A DNA stretch of 64,000 nucleotides from Anolis carolinensis. Taxonomy: Eukaryota. Position numbers and translations under genes: made by a program. The stretch covers positions 45,926,201 to 45,990,200 of the forward strand of contig NC_085843.1 in the NCBI RefSeq assembly GCF_035594765.1, written 5' to 3'. Shown one piece after another: positions 25,341 to 39,000 of the stretch (positions are counted from its first letter, which is position 1; each line of letters starts with the position of its first letter). The notes under the pieces are model-generated. The model was not told the DNA's origin and made no database searches. It was given only the letters and a program-made list of their open reading frames with translations.

Positions 25341-28300
25341 CATATCCATGCAAATAAAATGTAGATCTACATCTCTGCTTTTTCCTCTTCTCTGAAATGT
25401 TGCTTGTTATTGTTACCATTTTTCTTCTACTCCCAAAACATGAGGATGCAGTAAAAGGCCACTATGTAGACTTCATGTGCCAAAGAGTGTCAGTGAAAAA
25501 AGCTTTTCATTCCCTATAAATCATGCTGTCATTTCAGTCCTGTGCTACACACAGTGATGTTTCAGACAGCCTCTCCAGTGACTTTGCTTTGTTAGGACAG
25601 CTTGTTTGTCCATCTGTGAGATTTTGGCAGGAACACTAACTCCAAATGATCTGTGCTAGGCTGATGGTTAGCAATTCTAGGGCACTAGAAAAATCAGCTG
25701 GATTTGTAACAGTGTAACATGTGTCATATGAAGTGATTACCTGTATTTGTTTAGCCAGCAGCTTAGGATGCTCCTTCTAAGCATTTATGATATCTTTTGG
25801 TTTCTAGCTACTGAACAGTGCAGCTGCTTTCACTGGAAAGAAAACAATTGAGCAGCTTGAATGTCACTAGTAAAAGGTGAGAATTTTATGGTCTTGCAGC
25901 TAATTAACAGAAAACAGATTTGGGGCATGATATTCTATGTATTTTGGGGCCAAACACCCCACTCAGATATGTCTGCTCAGATAATGAGATATTACAAAGT
26001 CCAACTAGAACACCTGTTTTTCAAAAGAGAACAGAGTCTATAAATGGTGCTTTCTAGAAATTTCAACTCTTCAGGAAAGTTGGCAGCATGATGCAATAGT
26101 AGCATCATGTTTATATGTGGTGATTTATCTATGCAGGGATTTGGCAGTTTTCTCTACTGAAAAAAAAAATCCCCTTTACCACCTTTGCACACATGAAGAA
26201 AATCTGATCATCCCAATCAGCTTATTCAGTTCTTAATTGAATCCACGTTTCTCCCCATATTGTGGCATGCACTGATGTCCTTCTGTTTTATTCAATACAT
26301 ATACAAGCTGAAATTTTTAATAGTGCTTGAATAGGGTTAGTGACAGTTTTTGCATGGAGCAATGTAAACACTGTCCTCGATGTGATACATGTAACATGGC
26401 TATTCTCCACTTCTGTATTCTCCACAAGAGATATAAAATACACACTGTGGTTTATTCTCTAACAGCCCATGCAAAAGGGGCAAAATATACCACACTAACT
26501 GTCGTGGGAGAATGGGGTGCAACAACAGAGTAAAAAAGTGTCAAGTGAACAAGCATTTAATCATTTTATGCCTTCCAAATTTTCCCTAAAATACTCATCT
26601 GTGTACATTTAGCACAACCTTAGGAGATATATTTCTGTAACAACAATGTGCATAGATAAAAGTTTGACATGGTTTTATCTTCATATTTAATCAAGGGAGA
26701 AATCTGACAGATAAAGATTTTTTCACATAGATTTAAATTTCATGTCCTCTAATCTAACAACTTATTTCTGTTACATATGCCTGCATGCATGGAGTGCGGC
26801 AGATTCTTCCATATGTAAATAAACATGTATTTTGACACCTTAAAGACTACCAAATTTTATTTGGCATGAACTTTTCTGATTCACCTTCAGTGCTTGACAT
26901 CTTCAGTTAAAAGAGAAAAAGGTTAGGAAATGAGATTTGAGACACCGGAGTGCTCCTGACCTTCGGAATTGATATACTGGACTTGATAGACAAGCAAATA
27001 TAATACAGCACAACTGCTTATCCTCTTTATGTTAATTCTCCACTGTCTGGTATGTTGATTGAAAAACTATCAAGATAGTGCCTAAAGCACTCAAATGGAT
27101 ACTGGCTGCTTTTACAGTCTGCTAGTTGCTTTAGTATTATATAACTGTCACATATAATTTATTGTAGTTTTAGCCATTGCTGCATCTCAGCAAATATGCA
27201 TATATTAAGAAAATGTATATATACTTAAATGATGTTGATGTAGAATAGAGTTTCATTGCTTTGTTTGTATGGCCTTGCAAGTCTCTTTGGAAAGACTGGA
27301 AGAAAAAGAAAGAACTGTAAGATAGGAAAAAAATATACAAACATACACATCTATAAGTCAACTTCACGTATAAGTCAAGGGCATGTTTGAGGGCCAAAAA
27401 CTATTGAATTTTCTTTGTCAAATGAATAAGTAGAGAATATATAACAAATTTCTTTGCTCCTTTTAAATTCATAGAAATAACTTACTTAAGAAGTGTGTGT
27501 GTGGAAATTACACTGCTGATCTTAAAATGGAGGTTGGTACGAGGTTGGTGGAGAAAGATATTGAGGTTGTTGGAGAAAGATGGGAGAGAGAGTTTGCATG
27601 TACTGTAAATTCTGATAGTATTTGTGCTGGTAGTGCAAATGAAGAAAGAAAAGCCTTCTGGTTGGAATGAACAGCTTGGTGTCTCTCTTTTTGTTTTTGT
27701 TTCTGAGAATACCACTTCACCGCAATAAGGTATTTGGCTCCCTAACAGGAGTGAAGAGTCCCTTCTGCTATACAACAGGGAATTTCATGTTGATTTTAAC
27801 CCCTGACAAGACCTATTTGGGAACCAGTATGAAGACAAAGGAAAAAGCCTAACAAGAGAAAGCCCCCCTCACTCCATTCCTTCTTTTTCACCTTTTTTAA
27901 CCTAATAATCAGCATCCAGAAGCAATGTGGGTGATCCTGGAGAATGTGGTGCACCCTTGAGATGTAGTAAAGTGGTGATGGTAATTTTTGATAAGGGCTT
28001 ACTAGGTGTGTGCACAAGTATTGTTACTCTTCGTATTTCATATCAAAATCGTTACATTTGTACATATGAACCAATATTAGAAACATGCAGGAAAGGTGGG
28101 GGAATTTAAGAATTGAAACACTCACCAATCGTTTTTGTTAAGATTTTGTAACATTAGGATACCTCCCAAGGTCAGTTTAATTTTCAGTATAAGCATTATG
28201 CAACTTTGGTAAAGCCATAAAGTGTTTTGACAACCAATCCTGTTTTTCTTTGGCCTGATCACCATAAGTAAGGCACTGGGAGACTAGCAGATTTGGACAG

Positions 28301-30299
28301 GAGACTGAGAATACAGCATTCTTAGATATGTAGTTTGGGAAGGGGAGGCCCCCTGTGGCAGAGAGTGCAAAGGGTCCTGCCCTAAACTTCATTTCCCAGA
28401 ATGCAATGCTCAGCATCTGAAAACCTCAATGGCACCAACCATTTAGAGTCAGTCTAATAAAAAGTCCCTGAAGCTTCCCCAATTATAATAATAATGCACA
28501 ATTACTATAATGAAATAGTAACAAAATTTCATTACTCTCATCATAGTAAAATATTTTTCACTAACTATACTTTAGAAGTGCTTTAGAAATGAAATGCCAG
28601 CTTTGTAATAACTTTTGGGCGATTCTAGGAAGTGGTGCAGCTGGCATAATCAGCTGAAACTGGTGGTAAGCACTCCTAACCATCTTCCTAGGCTGACATT
28701 TGGAGAGACGAATCCAGAAGCACTTCCAAGTGTGAACACGGTTCCAAGCTTCAAACACAGTCTTTCAGGGGGAGTGTAACCCCATACAGAACTAGTTGAC
28801 ACCCCTCCATTCCTTGATGACAAGTAACTTTGTCTTATTTGCATTTGGTTTCAATTTGATTTTCTTCATCCAGCCCATTACCTCCTCCAGGCATCCATTC
28901 AACATAGAGCAAATATGTTAAAATTACCTTTTCACCATATATCTACCTGATAAAAGTGTAAACAGGGTTTTAGTCCAGGCCTATTCTGCCTTTTGAGAGT
29001 TGCTACTAGGATGGTTAATTTTAGTTTTCCCAGACCCTGGCTTGCATTCTTGAATCTTCATACTGAAACTAGAGAACTAATGAATCATCAGTTTACTAAT
29101 AGCTACAGTCACTTGGATAATGTTTAAAATGATTAATGCCAAGCATACTTAGACAGTTTTGAGTGATGTTTAAAATGATCAGTGCCAAATCTATTCATCA
29201 GTGTCACCTTAGGATCCATTCAAAAATTCTGTTCCTAGTTTTCAATGGATATGGAGTACGATGTTCAGTTTACTGTTTGGCTGTCTGCTGATTTGTCAAA
29301 GAATACAAAATCTTGCAGGAACCTATTATGTATTCCTGTTTGCAACACAGAGAGGAAAAGAACATTGTAACCACTAGCTCATCATTTACAAGGTCAGAAA
29401 GGACATAAAGGAATGATTTCTAGTTAACCATATTCCATCTAAGTGTAAGTAGAAATACCTAGTTGTAATGGTATGTTGCGAACCTGATATGTTGACGAGA
29501 AGCACTCCCTCTGCTTGGTTTTCACTTGTCTATGCATATTTGTGTATTTGTAATGACAGAAGCAACTCATAACAATGCTAGCATCTGGTAAATGCATATC
29601 AATAGCTTCATAAAAATAATTTGTTATTATCCATTTACAAAATAGCCACAAGTATAGTGCAGGAAATGAAGAGATCACAGATGGCACTTAGGTAAAATGA
29701 GCCTGTTTTGTTATGTTTTGTTCTCGCTTAATGTGAAAATTTTCCTGCTTTGTTGATGGCATTTTCCCCAGTGAGACTTGAATTTAAAAGTTTCAAGGCA
29801 AAATTGAATAATGGAAGGAAGCGATTAGACAGTGATTGACATATGATCTGGAAGGGTAGGCTACTGGGGATTTTGTAGGTTGGATTTAGGGTAGGTGTAC
29901 AACTTTTAAATGTAATTTTAATTGTATTTTATTGTATTTTAGCTGTACTTTAACTTTTGTATCTATGACACAAATATTTAATTGTTTTTTCTAATTTTTT
30001 TGTATTTGTCTGTTTTTAAATTTTATTGAGTTTAGTTATGTTATTGTCAGCTGCCTTGAGAACTTATGGGGAGGAAGGTGGGATAGAAATAAAGTAAGTA
30101 AATAAATAATAAACCATAGTCTAATTGCGGTTTCATAGTTATGCTTTTAAACAGTAAATAGACTGTTATTTTGTGGATTATAATTGATTCAGTTAGATAG
30201 AAGCACCAATGCCTTGAACATGAGAAGACAACAATGGAATGATAATGGATCAATTACTATCTATTAACCTAATTCAAGTTACAGATTGTGAATAAAGAG

Positions 30300-30880
30300 G
30301 TATAATATTTAATTAATTAATTAATCACTTGTATGGGACCCAAAGTGTCATAAATGTTAAAACAACATAGTTAAAATATAAAAAGTAATAAAACAATAAA
30401 GACAATCCAATTACAAATATTCATATAAAAGAATTAATATAATATTAAGATCCCTTAAACATTAAAAACAGTGCATTCATTATACTATTCTAAACAATAA
30501 AAGGTTAAATTCTGTTTAAATAAGATCTTTGCCTGCTATCCAAAAGAGATCAGGAACAGCGATTACTGAGTCTCACTTGGAAACAAGTTACATAGTCTGA
30601 AAGGAGCAAGGGAGAGGTTCTTTCCCAGATTCTGACCATCCATAACTGTGATGGTGATGGGACTAAAAAAAGGCCTCCTTTGAATATATTACGCTCATAT
30701 AGGCAGAATCAATCTTTTGAATATTCTGGACCTAAACTTCATAGGACATAAAAATTTCAATTGTGCTGTCATTTCTGGCCAGTAGCCATTGAATCTGTTG
30801 CAGAAATGAAATTATATGCTCCTCAGATTCAGCGCTGGTTAACAATCTAGTTAAAGCATTTTTGGATTTGCAGATCAGAT
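30300..30880 (-). mobile_element. Old L2 3' fragment
   Basis: Degenerate L2 C-terminal and 3' UTR pattern. Confidence 0.4.
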
Positions 30881-30999
30881 TTTGTTGTACAAGATCTACC
30901 TTATTAGTTCTTCCTTGATGCTACTTTTCCATTATGATGGAATTGCATGCTCTTGTGAAGTAACAGACTATACAAACATTAGTATTGCTATTGATAAGG

Positions 31000-32490
31000 T
31001 CTTCAATGTGATTGAGGAGCCAGGAGAAATGTGTCAAATAGCTAACAGGCAACAACTGTAGTGTAGAGTTACTACATATCTCACACAAAAAAATAAGGCA
31101 TGTCTCTCTCTCTCAAAAAAGTAGTGACATTAGGTGCTGACTCTTTTTAGTACAACACAGGAAGTAGAAATGATAAATCACTTGAGAATGCATTTTACCT
31201 TGAAAACCATATTATGATAAGACAATCCAAAATAAAGCAATAAACAATGCTGGCAGATGAGAACTCTGACTGGGAAAGCAGAAGTAGCTACTGGGGAAGA
31301 TCGGGAGATGAAATCAAATAGCATTGTGCCTAATTACACAACTGGACTAAATCTGAAAGTTCATCAACTGCTCATATACTCAGAGATGAAAGGAAAGACT
31401 GAAGCTGCACAATTCACAGAATATAAAGAATGGATGTGAGAAGGAAAACTCACAATTTTAGAAAATAACGTCAAAATGATCCTCAAAGAACTTAAGTGAA
31501 ATGGTTCACCTGAGATGTTACAAGCTATAGATAGAATCAATCAAATTCTAATTCTAATGTCAGCGATGTGATATGCAATATGAAAAACAGAACAATGGCC
31601 CACAGACTAAAATGTTCAATAAACATTCTGATTCACAAGGAAAAATGATACAAAAATTGTAGTAGATATCACATCATAGAGTCATAGAGTTGGAAGAGAA
31701 CACAAGCACTACCCAGTCCAACCCTCTGCCATGCAGGAACACATATTAAAGCACTTCCAACAGATGGCCATCCAGCCTTTTCTTTAAAACCTCCAGAGAA
31801 GGAGACTCCACCACACTCTGAGGCAACATATTCCACTCTTATTGACAGTTATGAATGAACTAAAAACTCAAGTACAAAGATACATATCATTGAATATTGA
31901 CACCAAACAGAGTCCCTTTGGGGAGATAGGACAGTATATAAATAAAGTTTTATTATTTTATTATATCATGCCATAGTATTTCCAATTTCTCAGAATGGTA
32001 GTGAAAGCTGGACAGTGAAGATAACTGAGAAGAAGATAATTAATTCATTTAAAATGTGGAACTGGAAGAGAGTTCTATTGATAGCACTGTTGGTCAAGAA
32101 ATGGGTACATGGGTACTTATGTAACCTAATCCCAAATATGGCCGGATATTTAGGTTGCGTTTGCAATATTTGTTCTCAGACTATATTGTTTTATATAGGA
32201 GGTATCATATGTAAATACTGTGAATGGCAGATTGTGTTCATGTCCAAGAAAAGGCAGCTCTATTGTGTTCATAGAAGAAATCATAATGAATATCTTAATG
32301 ACAAAAAAAGAAGACAAATACATGGATTCTGACCTCTACATCAAAACAAAAATTGCTAAATTTAGAAATTTCATGAGATAACATGACTCACTGGAAAAGA
32401 GAATAATTATGGGAAAAGTAGAAAATAGTAGGAAAAGAAAACATTTTCAGGATGCATAGATGATGTGGATTCTTGGAGGTCTCTTATTCA
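31000..32490 (+). mobile_element. Decayed RTE (BovB-like) LINE, interrupted by a CR1 end
   Basis: AIVFPISQNGSESWTVKITEKKIINSFKMWNWKRVL (31970-32075) matches the RTE C-terminal motif ESWT...FEMWCWRR; GACTCACTGGAAAAGA...GGAAAAGTAGAA near 32385. Confidence 0.7.
31674..31840 (-). mobile_element. CR1 LINE 3' end
   Basis: CATAGAGTCATAGAGTTGGAAG...AGTCCAACCC...CAGATGGCCATCCAGCC. Confidence 0.75.
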
Positions 32491-32608
32491 TGAAGTCATC
32501 ATAGGTTGAAGCTTATATGATGATAAATAGCAAGAGTGATACATTAATATCACCTTAAGCACATAGGAGGTAAAATGAATATATCTGTAACTTGAAAATA
32601 AACTGATA

Positions 32609-32609
<1 letters not shown>

Positions 32610-32657
<48 letters not shown>

Positions 32658-32770
32658 CTTTATTTATACCCCACCACCATTTCCCCAGCGGGGACTCGGG
32701 GCGGCTAACATGGGGCCATGCCCAAAGCAATACAATATAATAAAATATAAAACAGCATGAAGACTAAGAT
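32610..32770 (-). mobile_element. L2 3' terminus with (TTA)n tail
   Basis: (AAT)n at 32610-32653 followed by CCCCAGCGGGGACTCGGGGCGGCT; same family as 59060-59590. Confidence 0.75.
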
Positions 32771-32789
32771 GTGTGGGAAAATACTATTC

Positions 32790-33733
32790 AGTATATTCTG
32801 CACTGGAACAACGTCAATACCAGACAATTTCACCTTATGTCTGGAGGCTCTGTCGAACTGGCTACATGCTAGTAGACTGAAGGTGAACCCGGCGAAGACT
32901 GAGATTTTTTGGCATGGCCGCTCGACTGGTCTGACCCACTTGCTACCCACTTTCGATGGTGCTGCCCTATCTCCTTCGCCTACCGTTAAGAGCCTGGGTG
33001 TCGTTTTAGATTCGCAGCTGACAATGGAAGCTCAAGTCGCTGCTGCCAGCAAACAGGCCTTTTTCCACCTACGACAAGCAAGGCAACTGGCGCCCTATCT
33101 ATCTGATGAGGCACTGGCAACAGTCATCCATGCCACGGTCACGTCTAGACTGGACTATTGCAACGCCCTGTATGTTGGCCTTCCAATGTCCACCACCCGA
33201 AAGCTCCGTATTGTTCAGAATGCGGCAGCCAGGCTACTCACAAGAACACCCATGAAATGCCACATAACACCAGTGCTGCAGCATCTGCATTGGCTTCCAA
33301 CTGATTACCGTGGTCTATATAAGACGCTAGTTCTGACCTTTAAAACTCTTTACGGCCAGGGCCCATCATACCTTAGGGACCGTCTCTCCTTCTCCCTTCA
33401 TCGGAGGTCGCAACGACCATCCCAACGAGACTTACTTTACGTACCAGGTCCTAGAGAAGTGCACTTGGAAAGGACCAGACGCAGAGCTTTTTCTATTTCT
33501 GCCCCTGCCTTATGGAATGCCTTGCCGCCCTATATGAGAGCCATGCGTGAGTTAGGGCCTTTTACCCTAGCACTCAAGATCTGGCTCTTTACTAGAGCTT
33601 TTAATCTATGTTAATTTTATCAATATTTGTATGTATATATTTTTATCCTTTACAATTTTATCTTGTAAATCGCCTAGAGCATCGTGGATGGAGGGCGATT
33701 AATAAGTAATTAAATGATGATGATGATGATGAT
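32790..33733 (+). mobile_element. Young 5'-truncated L2 LINE with intact ORF2 C-terminus (frame ends at 33614) and (GAT)n tail
   Basis: RLKVNPAKTE...LGVVLDSQL...SRLDYCNALY...QNAAARLL...HITPVLQHLHWLP...RAFSISAPALWNALP; no stops and CpGs retained. Confidence 0.92.
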
Positions 33734-33734
33734 A

Positions 33735-36020
33735 TTTATTTTATTTATTTATTTGCCCCATTTATACCCCACCTTTCTCACCCCAAAGGGGACTCAAGGT
33801 GGCTTACATATGGCACAATTCGATGCCCCAAAACACATATAAAATCAAAGCTTAAAATATTAAATATTTAAAAATTTAGACATATAAAATTAAACCTTAC
33901 AACAGTTAAAAATCACACCAACCAAAAAATCATGGTCTAAAGCCATTCCAAGGTCATTATACATTTTAGACATCCATTCTTGCACTGCACAGTTATCCAA
34001 AAGCTTGATCCCAGAGCCAGGTCTTCACTTTCCTTCTGAAGGCCAAAAGGGAGGGGGCTGACCTTACATCGCTGGGGAGGGAGTTCCACAGCCGAGGGGC
34101 CACCATCGAGAAGGCCCTGTCTCTTGTCCCTGCAGGCATGCCAGGCAGGTGTCCCCCCCCCATGACACCATCTGGGAACAACCCTCCAGGAAGGACCAGA
34201 GCCACTGCAAAGCGGTATCTCTGAGACCCATCCCTGCGAGGCACCCCAGAAGGATACCGTGATTGACGGTATCAAAGGCTGCTGAGAGGTCCAGCAGAAC
34301 CAGCAGGGACACACTCCCCCTGTTCAGCTCCCGGCGTAGGTCATCGACTAAGGTGACCAAAGCTGTCTCGGTACCATGTCCTGGCCTGAAGCCAGACTGT
34401 GCCAGATCTAGAAAATCAGTGTCTACCAAGAATGCCTGGAATTGTGCGGCCACCACACATTCCTCGACCTTGTCCAAAAAGGGGAGATTGGAAATAGGCC
34501 GATAGATGTCCAGTTGAGTGGGGTCCAGTGATGGCTTTTTCAACAGCGGTTTGATCACAGCCAATTTAAGGCTCGCTGGAAATATGCCTTCCTGAAAGGA
34601 GGCATTCACCACCACCTTCACCCACTCGGCCAATCCCCCTCTGGCTTCTCTCACCAGCCAGGATGGACAGGGGTTTAGGGTGCATGTGATAGCCCTCACC
34701 TCTCGAAGCACTTTGTCCACATCCTCAGGCTGAACCAATGGGAAAGAATCCATCAAAATGGGACAAGCAGGTGCTCCTGCAACATCCTCAGAGACTGCCA
34801 TTAATATGGTGTCAAAGCCAGAACTGATCAAAGCAACTTTGTCCACAAAGAATTGAGAAAATGCTTCACAGCGGGCTGTCGAGTTGTCAGGGATCCCATC
34901 TTGGGAGGCGGGATTTATCAAACTTTTGACAACTCAAAACAGCTCCGCTGGATGGTTCTTTGCAGATGCAATATTAGCCGCAAAGAAAGATTTCTTTGCG
35001 GCATCTATTGCTGCAGCATATTTCCTCAGGAAGGCACATAGCCATGTTCAGTTTGACTCACTTGGCTTTAAATGCCACACACACTCTAGTCTCCTCTTCT
35101 ATCGCTTCATCGCTGCCAGCTCCTCATTGAACCAAGGAGATGGTTTAGCTCGGGTACTCGAGAGGAGACTTCCGGAGCAATTGTGTCTACTGCCCTAGTC
35201 ATCTCCCTATTCCAGACAGAGACCAGAGCATCGACAGGATCACCAACCGAGGTGGCTGGAAACTCCCCAAGAGCCATCAGGAATTCGTCCGGATACATAA
35301 GGCTCCTGGGGCAGACCATTCTAATTGGTCCTCTACCCTTGCAGAGGTTAGGGGGCGCAGTAAGCCTAAACCTGATCAGATGATGGTCGGTCCATGGCAA
35401 TGGAGTGATGGTCAGCTCCTCCACACCGTCACCTTCCTCCCATCCCTGGCAGAAAACCAAATCCAATGTGTGTCCAGCTCTGTGGGTCGGACCAGCTACC
35501 TGTTGGGACAGCTCCATGATTGACATGGTGGCCATGAAGTCCTGTGCTGCTCCAGAAAGGTTTATCTCAGTGTGGATGTTGAAGTCCCCCAGCACTATGA
35601 GCTGTTGGGACTCCACCACCAGGCTTGAGATCACCCCTGCTAGCTCAGGTAGGGAGACTGTAGTGCAGCGGGGTGGTCGGTACACTAGCAGAATCCCTAT
35701 TCTGTCCCAGTCACCTATCCTCAGGTGGATACATTCAAACATGGTTGACTGCGGGATGGGGCACCTGATCAGGGAGATGGAATCCCTATAGACCACTGCA
35801 ACCCTGGCTCCCGGTCCTCCAGATCTTGGTTGGTGCTGCACGGAATAGCCTGGAAGGCAGAGCTGGGAGAGATTACCCCCCCCCCCCCCCAGCTTCACCC
35901 AACTAGCCCAACCAGGTCTCCGTTATGCACGCCAGGTCTGCACGCTCATCCAGGATTAATTCCTGGATGGTTGTCGTTTTTCCATTAACAGACCTGGTGT
36001 TCAACAGCACCACCCTTAAT
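33735..36020 (-). mobile_element. L2 LINE: APE endonuclease plus RT N-half fused by internal deletion to the C-terminus and 3' UTR
   Basis: APE motifs VYRPP, LGDFNIH, GHTLDLVF, WTDHHLI (35107-35898); RT motifs YRPISNLPFL, QSGFRPGHGTETAL, LDLSAAFDTV (34064-34921); C-terminus RAFSMVAPRLWNSLP...LWDQAFG* (ends 33993). Confidence 0.92.
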
Positions 36021-39000
36021 CTGGCAGTGTTTATCAATAATAGGCAGTAAATAGAAATTTCTTCTCAGTATTGCTGAAGCTTTGCTTAAAACAGTTCTAG
36101 CTCGAAAGCTGGCTTCTGATGATGCATGCCAAGTAGCTCTGAGGTGGTTGTGCCAGCTTGAATGGAAGGTCGGGAAAGGCACTCTTAATTATAAAGTGAG
36201 ATTACCAAGAGGACCGCCTGCTGAGATTCCATTATGATATGTATTGAGATGGTGAAACAATTTTGGTGAATGTCAATAGGAATGTCAAAATAAATGAATA
36301 AAACCTTGTCAGTGGAAATTATAATACAATTAAACAAATGAAATTAAGCACTGGAAATAACCATAAATATAAATGTGACAGTTTTGACACTTTCGATCAA
36401 AAGAATAAAAATTAAGATGAAGCTGCAGAAGCATCCATAATTGAGCCCAGTCAACCTTTCAGCCTTCAAATCTAAAGAGGGGAGAAAATATCCTTGAGAA
36501 ATATAAATGCAAGCAATAATATGTCAATGGGGTGGTCATTTATGTAATAACAATAATAGGAACCACCCATTTCCTTTTGAAATCAGTGAAAATCGTCCAT
36601 TGATTTTTATTTTATTTATTTCAATAATTTAAAAGTCATTTTCTGTACAGACTGTACTCAGTGCAGCTCAGTTTCAAATTTTTTTTAAAAAAAATGATTA
36701 ATAAGATCAACATCAATCCCATACATATTTACCTAGTGAATGCAATGGGAATTATTTCTGAATAGGTAGGCAAAATAATGCATTTGAAATACTAATGCAG
36801 CTGCATCAGTTCAAAACATAATAAAAGAGGCAGTATTTAATTAGTCCTCTGTCAACAGAAAAATAGACTGTGTCACTCTTGTATCAAAGTTAAATATACC
36901 CCAAGTAAGCCATACAAATAAAATATCTAGCAAAATGTATTAATCATGCCACTGTTTGCAAGTAAACAAGTTATGATACTCAGATCCTTTCTGAGTATCA
37001 GAATCAGTATCTGAGTATTAAAAAAAACTATGATTAATAATACTCCATAATGTTAAATACACAAGGATACATAAACAGAAAATGAGATCCGAATAACTCA
37101 ATCATGTTTTCTATTTAAAATGGTATAAGCAAAGTCCTTAAATGTAAAACAATAACAAGATGCACCAGTTGTTATAGTGAATAACCTTTGAGGGAGGGGG
37201 GGCTGTAAAGTTTTTAACTGTAATTTTAATTGTATTTGAATTTGCATTGCATTGTGTCATGTTTTCTGTTAGCCACCTTGAGTCCATATGTCAGGAGAAA
37301 GTGGGATAAAAATAAAGTAAATAATAATAATAAATATTAGTAATGCATGTTGCAGACATTGCAACCAGGAACATGTAGCCTTTCAATGCCAATTTGGTTG
37401 CATTTCATCAAACCTGAGCTCCATTCTCATGTTATTCTCATTTCAGGTTGCGAGATTCTCTCCTCCTAATGGATTCGTGCTATTTTTTCTGCATTTTAAG
37501 ATAAACTTATATAATTTTTTTAATATTTTTATCCTCATTTTTACATTTTTCTCCATTGTTTGAAGTCTGTGCTTATGTTTTTCAATTATATAAAGTTTTG
37601 AATGTGGACATTTTACAAAGGTACTTATGGTTTTGTTTATGTTTATTCCTCTGAATCAATTGCAAGTCTCACAACAATGTATATTTTATGTAAAAAAATA
37701 TGTTTTCTCTTTTCATGCATCTCAGAAGGAGTTAAACAAATACTTTTATTGAAAATTTCACACCTAATGAAATTCCTTTGCAGCAATAATTGTTGTCCAT
37801 GCTACACATGCTATATTCAGTCAATATGTTTCATAATTGCATAAATGCAACTGGTAGAAGGTCTTCCTTGCTCCTACAATTTCTGAATGTTTCTGACACA
37901 GTACAAAAAAATCAGGACTCAGAAATTTTCTTGATGTTGCCTGGATTGTAGATGATGATTTCACTTAAGATTTAAAAGGAACCCAATATTTAGTGATATC
38001 ACCTACAGTCCTTGAAATGTGTTACACATAAAATTCCATACGGTTAGTTGGTTGTTCCTGAATTTGAAACAAAAGGGTTCAGGATATCAACCTAAGTCCA
38101 GAAATGAAGTCTGGTTGAAAATAGCACATGGATGTGTATTCCAGACGGGGATACAGAAATCCAAAGTGTGTGTTTGGGAAGTATCTGAAGTAGTTGATGG
38201 ATAAGATCCAGACTTTACTACAGTCTTTGTCCCAGTCAACACAAAGAAAATGTAAATGTTTTAAGCTACAATTGATTCAGTTTGCCTGGTTGCATTAAGA
38301 TCAACAGTAGGATTTGATCTCGGATCTAATGATGTTATGATCTAGCATGTGAATTCCTATGATATAGTAGATACTTCCCTTTAGGTTGTGGGAGGCAACT
38401 GTACAGCTGGCCTTCCAGAACAACCTACTGACTCTTCAACTCCCCCCCCCTTATTTTCAGACACCAAACCCATGACCTCCATACAGCCTACCCTTTGTGC
38501 TCTGAAGTACAGGGAATTTCAAAAAGATGGATCCAATTTGTAATCACTGTATCTCTACATCCACAAATCACCCATGAATGAAACTCTTCCTGCTTGAAAA
38601 GGTGGGACACAGAGTTTCAAATGACTACCACTAGATGCCTCTCCCAGAACAGAAACAGCCCCTGACCTTAGTCATTTACAAGATGGCAACATAAGGCTTA
38701 ATGAGATATTCTTGATTTTATTTTTAAGATTAGTTTCTGATTCAAAATGGTTTGAAAAACTTGATGACTCATTAAACAATTTGTAATTTTTTGTGCAATT
38801 GTAACATGTTTCCATCATGAAATATGCCGCTTTGAAATTTGGTCCATCATTCTGAAACATCCTGCATTGTGCTGGATGATCATGTCCCTTTGAAGGTGTG
38901 AAGAAATATTCAGTGCCAATTGGGCTGGATTGTGTAAATGGCATTGAAGAAGATGCCAAGTTATCCTTTGCCACAGTCAGCCAAACACAGAGCCATTCTG

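Noticed and set aside
28560-28860. Possible host exon
   Set aside because: No recognisable protein similarity in the frames examined and no convincing splice-site pair.
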